A program made the translations under genes and the position numbers. A stretch of DNA of 57,251 nucleotides from Octopus bimaculoides (taxonomy: Eukaryota), in the NCBI RefSeq assembly GCF_001194135.2, contig NC_068982.1:166994159-167051409 (forward strand), read 5' to 3'. The notes below the pieces were generated by a model. It saw only the letters and a program-made list of their open reading frames with translations, did not search any database and was not told the DNA's origin. This document shows, in pieces, positions 36,496-49,025 of this stretch (position 1 is its first letter; every line of letters begins with the position of its first letter).

Positions 36496-37393
36496 TTGGG
36501 TCATCCCATAAGTAATGTGGTTTTTTATATACTTCTTTTATTTTTCAAAATTAGGATGAACAAAGTTCTTTTTTAATCTAAAATATACTCTCCTTCATTT
36601 TCTACAATGCTCTTCCAGCTATCTGGTAGACTTGCAAAGCCCATCTTCCAAAATTCACTTGTCCGTGATGAAAAATACTTCTCCAGTACTGTTCTGATCT
36701 TGTCTACAGAATTTATATTTTTTCTATCCAAATGATTCTGAAGACTGCAGAATAATTGATAATCAGATGGGGCAATGTCCAGCAAATATGGTGGGTGGGG
36801 CATCGTTTCCCATTCAAACTGCTCCAGCCTTTGGAATGTCACCCTTGCTGAATGAATGTGGCCGAGCATTATCCTGATGAAAGAACACCTTTCATCTTCC
36901 TTCTAGCGCTGACTTTTCCGATGGCATGCAGCTGTTGATGAATAGTTGAATGACCAAATCCAAGCTTCTCTGCTAGTTCCTCAACAGTTACAATGGGATT
37001 TTGTTCCACCATGGTTTGCAGAATGTCCTTGTCGAGCTCCACAGATTTTCCAGGATAAGACTCATCTTCTAGGCTGTAGTTTCCAGCTCAGAATTTCTGG
37101 AACCACCATTGACACTGACTTGCACTTATTGTCTGATCTCCATATACTGCTTTAATATTCCTCAGACTTTGTTGCGTTGTTGCCTTTATTGAACTCATAA
37201 AGCAAAATATGTCCCTTTGTCAATTCCATTATAGCTTTGAAAAAATAACTGTTCAAATCAAACTGCACTAAGAATACAACCAGGGTAAAATTACTACCTG
37301 CTTTTACAGCAAGTTGATGCAGGTAGTTTATCCTGTCCCACTCCGACTTTTCATGCAATTGAAAAAAACCGCATTTTTTATAGGATGACCCTA
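36496..37393 (-). mobile_element. Internally deleted mariner (DD34D-type) transposon relic
   Basis: Imperfect ~30-bp TIRs (ttgggtcatcccataag / taggatgacccta) flanked by TA; HPPYLLDIAPSDYQLF and the N-terminal HILLYEFNKGNNAT. Confidence 0.85.
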
Positions 37394-37430
37394 TATAAAT
37401 ATATATATATATGTACCTGAACAAAATTTT

Positions 37431-37650
37431 TTGCTGATAAAGATCTAATAAACCAAAATATGTCTGCTGCTATCACCAGTTGGCTTTAAAGCCCAGATCC
37501 ACTTAAATCTGCACTGTTTATATTATCCAAAAAAATATTATTGCTGATAAAGATCTAATAAACCAAAATATGTCTGCTGCTATCACCAGTTGGCTTTAAA
37601 GCCCAGATCCACTTAAATCTGCACTGTTTATATTATCCCAAAAAATATTA
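37431..37650 (+). repeat. 110-bp tandem duplication (2 copies, 1 mismatch)
   Basis: ttgctgataaagatct...aaaaatatta at 37431-37540 and 37541-37650. Confidence 0.92.
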
Positions 37651-38769
37651 ATCATGTGATCTTATTGGAATTATCTCCGTAAGCATTATTAGGAGGAGTT
37701 CTTCATCTACTAATTACTTGGATAATCTTTTGTTGATCAAAGCTTTTCAACTCATAACATGTGTCTATCTGTTGTATGTTCCTTTGAGGCATTTTATCTT
37801 GGTCACATTATTGATATATAGCAGCTGGTTTGTTTCCCATCACATACATGTGTTACCGTAACATATTGTAACACAGATGAGATGCTCAAAGCTAGAATAT
37901 TCTTGATCATAGACCTGCATGATCAAGGTTGTCCTGGAGTTAAACAACAAGGAATTCCATTTCAACTTTTAATTATTTATATATTTATGACATTAGCATG
38001 GATGTGTGGTTAAGAAGTTTATTTTGCAACCATGTTGTTTCAGGTTCAGTCCCACTGCTTGCTTGGCACCTCAAGCATTTTCTGCTACAGTTTCAGGCTG
38101 ACCAAAACTTTGTTAGTGAATTTAGTCGATATCATCATCATCATTATCTTTTAATGTCTGTCTTTCATATTAGCATGGTTTGATAGGGTCTGATAGGTCA
38201 GATGTTTATACCATACGCCAGTAACTGGAATAAAATTCCTCAAAGGAAGACCACTTTACAGAATGTACTGGGTTCTTTTTATGTGGCACCAGCACTAGTG
38301 AACACACCATGTAGCTTGCAAGACTAAGATCCCAATTACTAATTGGCACTACAGTAGAGAAGGAGGCAGCCTTGTGATTAGCGCCAAGAGGTTAATTCTT
38401 TAGCATCCAGATTTCTTTGTCAAATGTATTGCTTGTTTATTCACATTGTTTTGAATTAATTGTGCATTATCCTGTGGCCTTGAGATTTCGATGGTGTGTT
38501 TGTATATTTCTGGAATGACTTTGTAGGATAGGTATGAGAGGATGGATCTGGTCAGTTTTAATGTAAAGCAGGTAGAATATTTGGGTCTGATAGAGCTGGA
38601 TCAAATACTAAGGGGTTAAAGTATGAAAGAAGGAGTTGGAATAGGTTTCTTACTGTAGAGGAGATATGTGGCTACTTGCTTTATACAAGAGTGAGTGGGA
38701 ATCAGATTGTAGTTGGAAAGAGAGATAAAGATGGGGATGAAGTGTTATGGTGAGCCCTCAAGGTTTGTG

Positions 38770-39138
38770 TGTGTTGGCACTCCGTTGCTTACAACGTCGA
38801 GGGTTCCAGTTGATCCGATCAACGGAACAGCCTACTTGTGAAATTAACGTGCAAGTGGCTGAGCACTCCACAGACACATGTACCCTTAGCGTAGTTCTTG
38901 GGGATATTCAGCATGACACAGTGTGACAAGGCTGACTCTTTGAATTACAGGCACAACAGAAACAGGAAGTAAGAGTTAGAGAAAGTTGTGGTGAAAGAGT
39001 ACAGCAGGGTTCACCACCATCCCCTGCCGGAGCCTCATGGAGCTTTAGGTGTTTTCGCTCAATAAACACTCACAACGCCCGGTCTGGGAATCGAAACCGC
39101 GAGTCCGCTGCCCTAACCACTGGGCCATTGCACCTCCA
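38770..39138 (-). mobile_element. tRNA-headed SINE (family B), second copy
   Basis: Near-identical to 24678-25063, with a short deletion in the head. Confidence 0.85.
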
Positions 39139-39599
39139 CCCTCAAGGTTTAAGAAGGTGAATAAAGTAAGTGGGAATAGAACAGGAAGGATGGGAGGGAT
39201 AGAGATGGGTTAGGTTGGAGGTGCAAATATAATGACCGACGAACAATGATTGATGTATCATTGATGATAAGATGTGTTGCAGGAAAGACACTGGAGTGTA
39301 GGTGATACCTGTAGAGGTTGAAGGGTGAACATAGTGAATGATGGATAATGATGGAGGTATAATCAATGCTTTAGAGGGAAGGTAGGGAAGAGTAGATGAT
39401 GACTTGCAGTTCAGAAAGGGGTAAAGAGTGCCAGAAGGTTAAGAGACAGGGAGACGATGTGTGGGTAGGTAGGTTGCAAGAATGCAAGTAGAGAAATAGA
39501 CATAGTACATGGGGAGAGTGAAAGATGTTTGGTAGTTAGGGTAACTCAACAAGAAGTGGTTCAGTGAAGAGGGAGAGATAATTTGATAGCACAGTATGT

Positions 39600-39970
39600 T
39601 GATCAATGTGAAATGTGTGTGGATTGAGACAATATTGAGCCTGAAGGATGGATGCCAAGTAATGTGGTTCTGGGCAATGAGAAAGATAACTAGTATCATA
39701 GAAAAGATAATGATAAAATATGTAGTTTTGTTCTCATTTAATTACAGCTGCAAAATACTGCTGTTAGACAAGTGATGGTGGGATCAGTGATAGAGAAATG
39801 AGGTGATTGGAAAGGCTTGATGTACAAATTAGATGAGGGAGCCACTTGTGTACATACATACTGTACTTCCAGAACCTCAGTTTCACTAAGAGGGTAGAAC
39901 TTTTCAAGTATCACATATCACAAATCATTGCAGATCTAGTTAGTTTCATTTGCAAAATGAACCCCCTTTA
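39600..39970 (-). mobile_element. Possible highly decayed Penelope-like GIY-YIG endonuclease tail
   Basis: Weak: FQSPHFSITDPTITCL, SETEVL and LGIHPSG fall in the order expected for Neptune-type GIY-YIG C-termini; many stops. Confidence 0.28.
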
Positions 39971-40109
39971 ATTTTGCTCAGATTGCTTTCAATTTTGGTG
40001 TATCGATGCAACTCTGAATTTTGATAACGATCAACCAATAACTTTATTTCGTAAATTAAAGAATCTGATGTTATTTGGAATTAAAGTTGGGAAATTTGGG
40101 TAATTTTAG

Positions 40110-40155
40110 CCAATCAATAGACAGCGTGGCATTAGTAGTTTGTTACCATGACAAC
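40110..40155 (+). promoter_or_regulatory. CCAAT box plus RFX X-box-like module
   Basis: AGCCAATC around 40110-40114; GTTACCATGACAAC at 40142-40155 fits the GTHNYYATRRNAAC consensus. Confidence 0.4.
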
Positions 40156-40410
40156 TACATGCTGTCTTGTGTTTCACTTCACCCCTGTCTGTGCTGCTTG
40201 TTGTTCTGTGTTGATTTGGGGAACAGAGAAACTGTGGGTGATACAGATAATTTGACATTATTTTTGAATTCTGCATGCAAAAACATAAGACACAGGTATT
40301 CTTTTCCTTGGGACAAATTCTTTGTTGACCAGTGTTATTCTTATCGTAGTTTACAAATCCAAGCATGAAAACGTTGCTCAGCTTTGGAGTTTTGGAGACA
40401 GATGCCCCCT

Positions 40411-40441
<31 letters not shown>

Positions 40442-42171
40442 TGCACTTATATATTAATGATGTACACAAATACATGACAGGTATACATAATACTGAAATA
40501 CACATAAAGTAAACACATGCAGACAAATATATTAATGTAGCAAATTTTTTAAAAACATACAATCAATGATAAAAGAAACAGTAAGATGATACATGTTGAT
40601 TTTATTAGGTATTTCTGTTTATATAGAAACTTACAATGAACAGATCATTTCTCAGATGCTAAACTATAAATTTCACAGTGTACAACGTTAAAGTTGACAC
40701 TGCTCTGCTAAATGCAGAAAATTTCTGTCTCACTATTGGCTAAAAATACACAGTTTTTCCGATTTTTAAACCTCTGTAATTTTTTTCTCCACAACATCAT
40801 ACCTTCATAGCAATAAGACTGGAAAACTACATTATTATAGCCAATTTTCAGATTTTTTACTTCCTTTTAAAAAAATGCATATTTTGAGAATCAGTTTAAC
40901 TAGATCCATCATTGCTCTCCTTTGTCATCTCTATGAGATTCAGAGTCCAGAAATCAGTTTTCACAAATTTATCCCATATTTTCCTGAGTTTCTATCTTTC
41001 GTAAGCTCCATTCATGTTCAGCAATCAGTACTTCTTTATAAAGCTGTCCTCATCCATAAGTATCCCATCAGTCTTCTCTCTTGCACACTACATCTTATAC
41101 CCAATTTCTCTTTCACTTTTGTACTAACAGAGCATGCAAGCTTCATGATTTTTTTCTAGTCTTCACGAGTTATTTGCTTTCACAGTCCACATCTCACTAC
41201 AATGTAGCCTTGTTGATCCTACACAAGCATCATACAATCTGCTATTCGTTCAGATAAAAACTATTTTTTTTATCAGCAAAGTAAAAGCTCTCTGAACCTT
41301 CTTCAGCCTGTTCTTATTCTATCAACTATACTGTCAGAGCAACCTCTATTGCTGATTAGGTCATCTATGTAACAGAAGCTCCCTTCTACCTGTAGGGATA
41401 TTCCTGGGCATTTGAAGAAATCTATTTCTTGTGCTCCCTTATCTGCTACCTGTGTTAACCTGCCTGTTATACCACTACATGTCTTATGTGTCCACTGTTT
41501 GTATTATGTATCCATATGAAATTTCTGCTTACTTCTACATACTGAACAAATATATTCCCTTGATAGAAGCAGAGTATTTACTTCCTACTTACTAAAACTT
41601 TGCTCTTTGCAAAGTTTCTTATTATTATTCAGTAGTCTTATTTTTATCATGTGCTTTCACTGCACTACCAAGTACAGCTCTTTGGGCCTTGGTTATGTGT
41701 TGTGGTTTGTTGTCGTGCTCTTGTTTTCACTGTATTGAAAGTGTTGTATGTTATATACATTTGTAAGTCCTGGGGTTTTGGTTATGTATTTGTCTGAATG
41801 TTTTTCAATCATACTTAATGCACCTATTATTATAGGGGTTGTTTCTGTTTTTAGGCTCCACATTCAAGATACCTCTATTTCTAGATCTTTGTATTGATAC
41901 ATTGATTAGAAGGCATTTTTTTTCCTTGGTGATCTGTGACAACTATATCCAGTCTATTAGCCTTGATTTCTCAGTCTGTGTGTATTGGCGTATCCCAGAG
42001 TATGGGTGCTTTGTCATTTTCTGAGACCTTTTCTGGAGTGTGCCTCTACATCTTTGATCTGTTGTCACAGCTTCCAGTGTATATAGGTCTCAACTCTTTA
42101 ATGTCTGTGAATATATTCTTTTTTAGCCAGGACTGGGCAGCCAGAGACAATATGATTTATTGTTTCTTCCC

Positions 42172-42470
42172 CATCATCATCATTATTATCGTCGTTTAAC
42201 ATCCACTTTCCATGCTGGTATAGGTTGGATGGTTTGACTGAGGGCTGACAAGCCAGAAGGCTGCACCAGGCTCCAATCTGATCTGGCAAAGTTTCTACAG
42301 CTGGATGTCCTTCCTAACGCCAACCCCTCCGAGTGTGTAGTGGGTGCCTTTTTATGTGCCACTGGCACAAGGGCCAGTCAGGCAGTACTGGCATCGACCA
42401 CACTTGAATGGTGCTTTTTATGTGCCACCGGCATGGAACTAGTCAACCAGCACTGGCATTGACCACGCTT
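42172..42470 (-). mobile_element. RTE LINE 3' fragment
   Basis: Shared terminal sequence. Confidence 0.75.
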
Positions 42471-42870
42471 GACCAGTTAGCCTTCCTTTGATATTGCTGC
42501 ACCTCTTATGTGTCCACAGCTTACACAGGGTACATCTTATGGTGTTTCTACCTATGCCTTGTGAAATCTATTAACCCATTTTGATTCCATGTAGAGTAAG
42601 ATCTATTTTCTTAAAATCATTATCATTGTTATTAAATTCCAGATCAACACTAATTAGGTAGACTATAATCCAAGTTATTTTGATAAACCAAAATTGTGGG
42701 ACAGCTCTGACTCATATTTGTAATTATTTCACTTACACTGGAAATGCTCTCGAAAACAAATCTGTCCTGTTCTTTAAAAATATTCCCAATTTTGTGCCTT
42801 GAAGTCAAATACTTCAGTTCACTGCCCACCAACTCTTCAAAAATATTAGACTTCATGCTTCAAATAGAGT

Positions 42871-44653
42871 TATTTAATTTCTATTCTAAGAATAGTCTGA
42901 TTAAGGCCACTTTTCCTATAGTGCTGATTTAAATTAAACCCTCATCAGTTTTACAATGTTATAGCAACTTACAACTTTTGTAATATTTCTCCTACTTAGA
43001 TTTTGGGAATCCTATATATATTTGCTCAGCATGCTAGAAATAGCAGCTAAATCTCACTTGAAAAAAAGTTGGGTAATATAGTCTTAGATAAAAGTATATC
43101 TGAATATAAGACAGAATGATAACAGTGGGATTGCCTTTGGTCTTAAGTCACCTCAATGAAGAGCTCAGCCCAGGGTCAAATAACAAGTTAGATTGACGTA
43201 ATCATATGACAGCTAAGTGGCCAACTCACAGATTTAGTGTAGTACTGATAACTGGTTACAAATTATTGATTATTTGGAAAACAGTAGACTCTAAGGAAAT
43301 TACACTTGTCTGATTTGTCAAAAAGTAATAAATAGTTCTAGCGATGGTATAGAACTTATTTGAATTGTTAATCCCAGCTGGTTGTCTCATTAAACAAATT
43401 GAATCTGTCATCAGATTTCAGTTTCAAACTAAAGCTTCATCACTATCTCTTGATCACTAATTGCTTTAAGAAAAGAAAGTATGTCTTAACTTTTCTTCTT
43501 TTTTTTTTTACTATCATTTAAAAAATAATGCTGGATTTTGGAAGAAAGCACCTAATAGAAATACTTCATAATATTTAATTGTATCTCTTTATGTTCTAAG
43601 TTCAAATACTACTGAAGTATTGGGGGTTGCTTAAACCACTTATGCCTTCTCCAAAAATGTGATCTTGTGCCTTTGTTAGAAATTTTTGAGTGGCTGTGCG
43701 GTAAGTAGCCTGCTTACCAACCACATGGTTCTGAGTTCAGTCCCACTGCGTGGCACCTTGGGCAAGTGTCTTCTACTATAGCTTCAGGCCGACCAAAGCC
43801 TTGTGAGTGGATTTGGTAGGCGGAAACTGAAAGAAGCCCGTCGTATATATGTATATATATATATATATATATATGTTTGTGTGTCTGTGTTTATCTCCCC
43901 ACCATCGCTTGACAACCGATGCTGGTGTGTTTACATCCCCATAACTTAGCGGTTTGTCAAAAAGAGACCGATAGAATAAGTACTAGGCTTACAAAGAATA
44001 AATCCTGGGATTGATTAGCTTGACTAAAGGCAGTGCTCCAGCATGGCCGCAGTCAAATGACTGAAACAAGTAAAGAGTAGGAGATTGAAAGAGTTAAATG
44101 ATGGACTGTTTTGTGGTCTCGAGTTATGTTTTGCGGTCTCAAGTTATGTCCTTTTGCATTCTGAGTTCAAATCTTGCTTAGCCTTTGATTCTTCATGTTT
44201 CAAGTACTGAAGTTGATCTAATCAACTTCATCGATCTCTCAAAGTATCTGACATTGTCCCCATTTTAAACTTTATGAGGATAAGTATTGAATCATTATAA
44301 TGGTGTGGGGGGCAATGCTTTGCAGTATTAGTTACATCCTTTTACATTCTGAATTCAAATTCCTTTCCTCTAGGCTTTTCCTATAGTGTTGAGTTGAACT
44401 AAACCTTCACCAGTTTTACAGTGTTATAGCTACTTACAACCTTGTGATATTACTCCTATCTAGATTTCAAGTGAGATTTAGCTGCTATTTCTTGCAGGCT
44501 GAACAAATATATACAGGCTTCTCGAAATTTGAGTAGGAACAACATTACAAGGTTGTAAATAGCTATAACACTGTAAAATTGTGTTATACACCATAGGAAA
44601 AGTGGGCTTAATCAGACTATCCTTGTGAAACATAATCTAATAGAAATTAAATA
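42871..44653. repeat. ~190-bp inverted repeats (42871-43063 / 44465-44653) plus a partial third copy (44375-44467)
   Basis: Shared cttttcctat.gtg...ttttaca.tgttatagc...ttacaac...tccta...gaaatagcagctaaatctcacttga. Confidence 0.75.
43688..44079 (+). mobile_element. tRNA-headed SINE (family A), full length, internal (TA)n
   Basis: gagtggctgtgcggtaag...gagttcagtcccactgcgtggcacc...gcagtcaaatgactgaaacaag. Confidence 0.82.
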
Positions 44654-45149
44654 GCTTTTCATCTGCCCAGTGTCAATAAAATAAACACTAATCAAGTCCT
44701 GGAGTCAACCATACTTTTGCAAAATATGTGATCTTGTGCTTGTATTACAAATAAACTATGATCAGACACTCCAAATTTTGAGGATAGTCTTAGACTGTGC
44801 AGAGGTACCTCCATTACTACTGCTGTTAGAGAATTCTCAGTTGATACTTCTTGTAGTTCTGGTCTTTGGAAAATATGAACATCACAATTCTTCACCTGTT
44901 TCTGATAAAACTAAGTTCTCATAGCTGTCTTTTAGAAGTCTAGATGTCCACTTTTAAATGTTGAAATCTTATAATACCAAATATAAAGATGTCTGACTTT
45001 CCTGTTTAAACAGGACACAAACTTACTGACACTCAGCCACTTAATACACTTCACTTAAACAAACCCTCTTAAAATTCACATATTCATGCACACACAACAT
45101 GTGCATCTTTTCACACATACAAACACACACACTCTCTCTCTCTCTCTCT

Positions 45150-45205
<56 letters not shown>

Positions 45206-45208
<3 letters not shown>

Positions 45209-46409
45209 GGTGCGGTGAATAAACTGTTGTCTAAATTACGCACAAATGAAAATAACACTGACATCTCATTTAAAAAAATATATTTACCAAAATTACATAA
45301 AAATATCTTGAAATACTAAAGAATAAATCTATTCAATGAAATCGCCATTGGCTTCAACCATGGCCTCCAGACAACTTCGGAATCTCCTGCAACTCTTCTG
45401 GACAGTCTCCTTGTTTAAGTTGGTGAATGCAGCCATAATCCTTCCTTTCAGTTCATCTTTGGTGTTACAAGGAGTTTTGTTGATCTCTTGCTCAATTGCA
45501 CCCCGCACATAATCAAGGGGATTGCAGTTAGGTGGCCAGATGTTAGGGGTGATGTGGTTACATATATTGTCTGACAGCCATGACTGGGTTCTCCTGCTTG
45601 TGTGGCATGGTGCAGAGTCCAGCATCCCCCATCTTGACCCAGGACAGCACTACCTCCTCCAGGCACTTGATGTAGGCTTCCGTGTTGAGTCTAAGGCCAT
45701 ATGGGAAGATGAATGGGGCATAACGTCACCATCGTTAGTGATCACTCCAAACACCATGATATTGACTGGATGTTTGATTTTTATCGCTCTTGGTACATGT
45801 CCTCAGATTGACACCCAAACACTCTGAAATATTTGTATTGGAGCTTGTGGTGCAAATGACAAGCAGTTCAGCATGTTTGGTTGGAAGGGAAGCTTGAGTT
45901 TATTCAAAAGCTTCATAGCACTGTCTTTGTTCTTGTCCTTGATGGCTTGGGATAAAAATTGGCCCTTTCTCATCTTGTAGGAGGAATACCGAATGTCTTC
46001 ATGCATTATCTGCTGTTAAGAAACTCAGATGCTCCCATGTCCCTGGCGATGAACCTGAGTGACTAGGAGGGATCGTTGTCAATCATGGCCGAGATCTCAC
46101 TAACAAATTCAGAAATTCTTTTCTTATCAGAACGATCAGAGTGAGTTTTCCGAGCTGCCGTAGACTCATCCAACTCTTTCCGAATCGTCTGCACTGTCCT
46201 CAGATTGACACTCAAACACTCTGAAATGTTCATTTTGGAGCTTCTGGTGCAAATGCCTAGCAGTACTGCATGTTTTGTTTCCAAATTTCTGGCTGAGTGA
46301 ATTGCATCATGGTACTGTTTTTTTCACATACCATTCCCAACTGAACCTACTATACTGACAATGTGCATGCACAAATATAAAATGGCGATAATTTACCCAT
46401 CGCACCCTG
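45206..46409 (-). mobile_element. maT/DD37D-like Tc1-mariner relic, 1204 bp
   Basis: TA|CAGGGTGCG...CGCACCCTG|TA ends; DSAPCHTS...WPPN(---)CNPLDY. D-to-D spacing is 34 as read, 37 if the usual SPD tripeptide is restored. Confidence 0.8.
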
Positions 46410-46411
46410 TA

Positions 46412-46771
46412 TTCTTTTATTCCTTTAATTGCTTCAGTCATTTGACTGTGGCCATGCTGGAGCACCACCTTTAGTCAAACAATTTGACCCCAAGACTTAT
46501 TTCTTGTAAGCCTAGTAGTTATTATATCGGTCTCTTTTACGGAGACGTAAACAGACCAACATTGGTTGTCAAACAATGGTGGGGGGGGGGGACAAATACA
46601 GACAAACATAAATATGACGGGCTTCTTTCAGTTTCCATCTACCAAATCCACTCACAAGGCTTAGGTCAGCCCAAGGTTATAGTAGAAGACACTTGCCCTA
46701 GGTGCCATGCAGTGGGACTGAACCCAAAACCATGTGGCTGGGAAGCAAACTTTTTACCACACAGCCACTCC
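46412..46771 (-). mobile_element. tRNA-headed SINE (family A), abutting the maT TIR
   Basis: Reverse complement of family A. Confidence 0.8.
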
Positions 46772-46800
46772 TGCACCTATATATATACATATATATTTAT

Positions 46801-46990
46801 TGTACCCCTGAAATCTACAAGTTTTTTTTCAATCTCTCTCTGTTTATTTTCCCTTATTCCTTTCTGTTGAAGTGCATAGGCTTGAAACATAAAAGATTTT
46901 TCATTTTCCCGGGCATCAAACTCATACACTTGTTTGTTGTTCATACACTTGTCTTTGTCTTTTGTTTTTCTATAAATTTCAGCTATATAT
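46801..46990 (+). mobile_element. Short interspersed element with a hammerhead-like motif (CUGUUGA core), copy 2, more decayed
   Basis: Homologous to 30021-30211; motif at 46859-46896. Confidence 0.55.
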
Positions 46991-47324
46991 ATATATATAT
47001 ATCTCCCAACATGTGCTTATATATACATACACACATTCAGAACATGTGCTTGTATACACACACATGCATGCATACTGAGACCATGTACTTATCACACACA
47101 CACAAATCCAATTGTAACATAGATTACACAGGCTGAGATTATTGTAAATTTCTTATGTAGATATGTGTAGGAGTTTTTCAAGGATGGCATTTTATTTTAT
47201 TTTTATTTTATCTTCTTTTTTTTATCTTAGAATTCTTTCCATTTATTATTTCAAGTAATAATTTTATTTATTTAAACTAAAACTCTAAGATTTTGCTCAA
47301 CTTTACTGAAAAAAAAATCAAACA

Positions 47325-47724
47325 TTCTTTTATTCTTTGACTTGCTTCAGTCATTTGGCTGGGGCCATGCTGGAGCACCACCTTTTAGTCAAAGAAATTG
47401 ACTCCTGGACTTATTCTGTGTAAGCCTGATATTTATTCTATTGGCCTCTTCTGCTGAACTGGTAAGTTACGGGGGCGTAAACACACTAACATCGGTTGTC
47501 AAGCAATGGTGGAGGGGGGACAAGCACAGACACAAAGACACACACATAATTATATACATATATATCCAACAGGCTTCTTTCAGTTTCTGTCATCCAAATC
47601 CACTCACAAGGCTTTGATCGGCCCATGGCTATAGTAGACGACACTTGCTCAAGGTGCCATGCAGTGGAACTGAACCTGAAACCATGTGGTTGAGAAGCAA
47701 GCTTCTTACCACACAGCCATGCCT
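47325..47724 (-). mobile_element. tRNA-headed SINE (family A)
   Basis: Reverse complement of family A. Confidence 0.8.
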
Positions 47725-47799
47725 GTGCCTATATATATGATTCTATAATATTTTTTAAGTGGTTAGTATCGATGTGATGTGTGTGCATATGACTTGCAT

Positions 47800-47800
<1 letters not shown>

Positions 47801-47874
<74 letters not shown>
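47801..47874 (+). repeat. (CA)n microsatellite abutting the Tc1 TIR
   Basis: Direct reading. Confidence 0.9.
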
Positions 47875-47877
<3 letters not shown>

Positions 47878-49025
47878 AACTGCAAAAGAAATGCAATTTT
47901 TTCAAATGTCATTTTTATATGGTAAATTCTGAAAATTTATTTCGGGGATGTAAGTGTAAAGATTCCAAGACATGCTGGTTTATGGTCGAAACCCAAATTG
48001 CAGATAACCTTTTAACTTTCCCTGAAATGAGATGCCGAAACACAGCATAATTGTCATGAAAACCAAAATGCACGTGCATCTCATGGAAGTTATGGGTATA
48101 GAAATCAACATGAACCACGTTCCTGGCATTCATGATTTGGATGCCTCAGGTATGACCCCCGATTGTCAGCAGTGCAGATAGAACAAGCTATCAGCCGATT
48201 GCAAGCAGTGCATCATGCTCTGGTTGTTATGAAATCTTACAATGTCCATTTCAGCACCATCTATCGTCAGCAACAGCGATGCAACACCACCAACAGCACT
48301 GCAGACTGTGCCTTCAGAGGCCGCCTCCTGGTGACCACGCCCAGGCAGGACCACTTCATCCACCTGCAATATCTCCATGATTGCTTCAGACTGGCCAGCG
48401 TGACAGCTCGTGAGACCATTGGCACTGGACAGCGACGGCACGATACAATGTTGACTGGTCGCTAACAACCTGCATTGCCATTGTCTTGCTCAAGGGCCTA
48501 TCCTCACTGCCTGCCACCACCAGGCACAATTACAGTGGGCTACACAGCACCGACATTGGTGGCATCAACAATGGAACTCAATAGTCTTCTCTAACAAGAG
48601 CCAGTACTGCATTTCCACCTTGGATGGCATAATGAGGGTATGGCATAGGAGGGGTGAACACTACAGAGACACATGTGTCATGGACAGAGACATGTGGGGT
48701 GGCCAAAGCATCATGGTTTGGGGTGCTATAGGCCTGAATCAGAGAATTGGGCCCCCATATGTTCTAAAATGTTGGTGCAGGCAGAGGGAATGGTATGACA
48801 GTGCAGTGCTACATTGACCAAATCCTAAGACCTCACTTTGTGCCCTTCTATGTGCGTCACCATAGTCACGTGTTCCAACAGTTCAGGGTCACCATGGACT
48901 TCCTACATCAGCACAACATCAGAACCATGCTGTGGCTGGCTCTCAGTCCAAATTTGAACCCAATTGAACACCTGCGGGATGAAATCCAGAGATGGCTGAA
49001 CCAGGTGGTCCCAAGGCCGACAATC
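47873..49025 (+). mobile_element. Degenerate Tc1-type transposon, right end not found
   Basis: Left TIR cactgaactgcaaaagaaatgcaa; TTPRQDHFI, WGGQSIMVWGAIG, WLALSPNLNPIEHLRDEI; the DNARPH segment is deleted. Confidence 0.8.
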
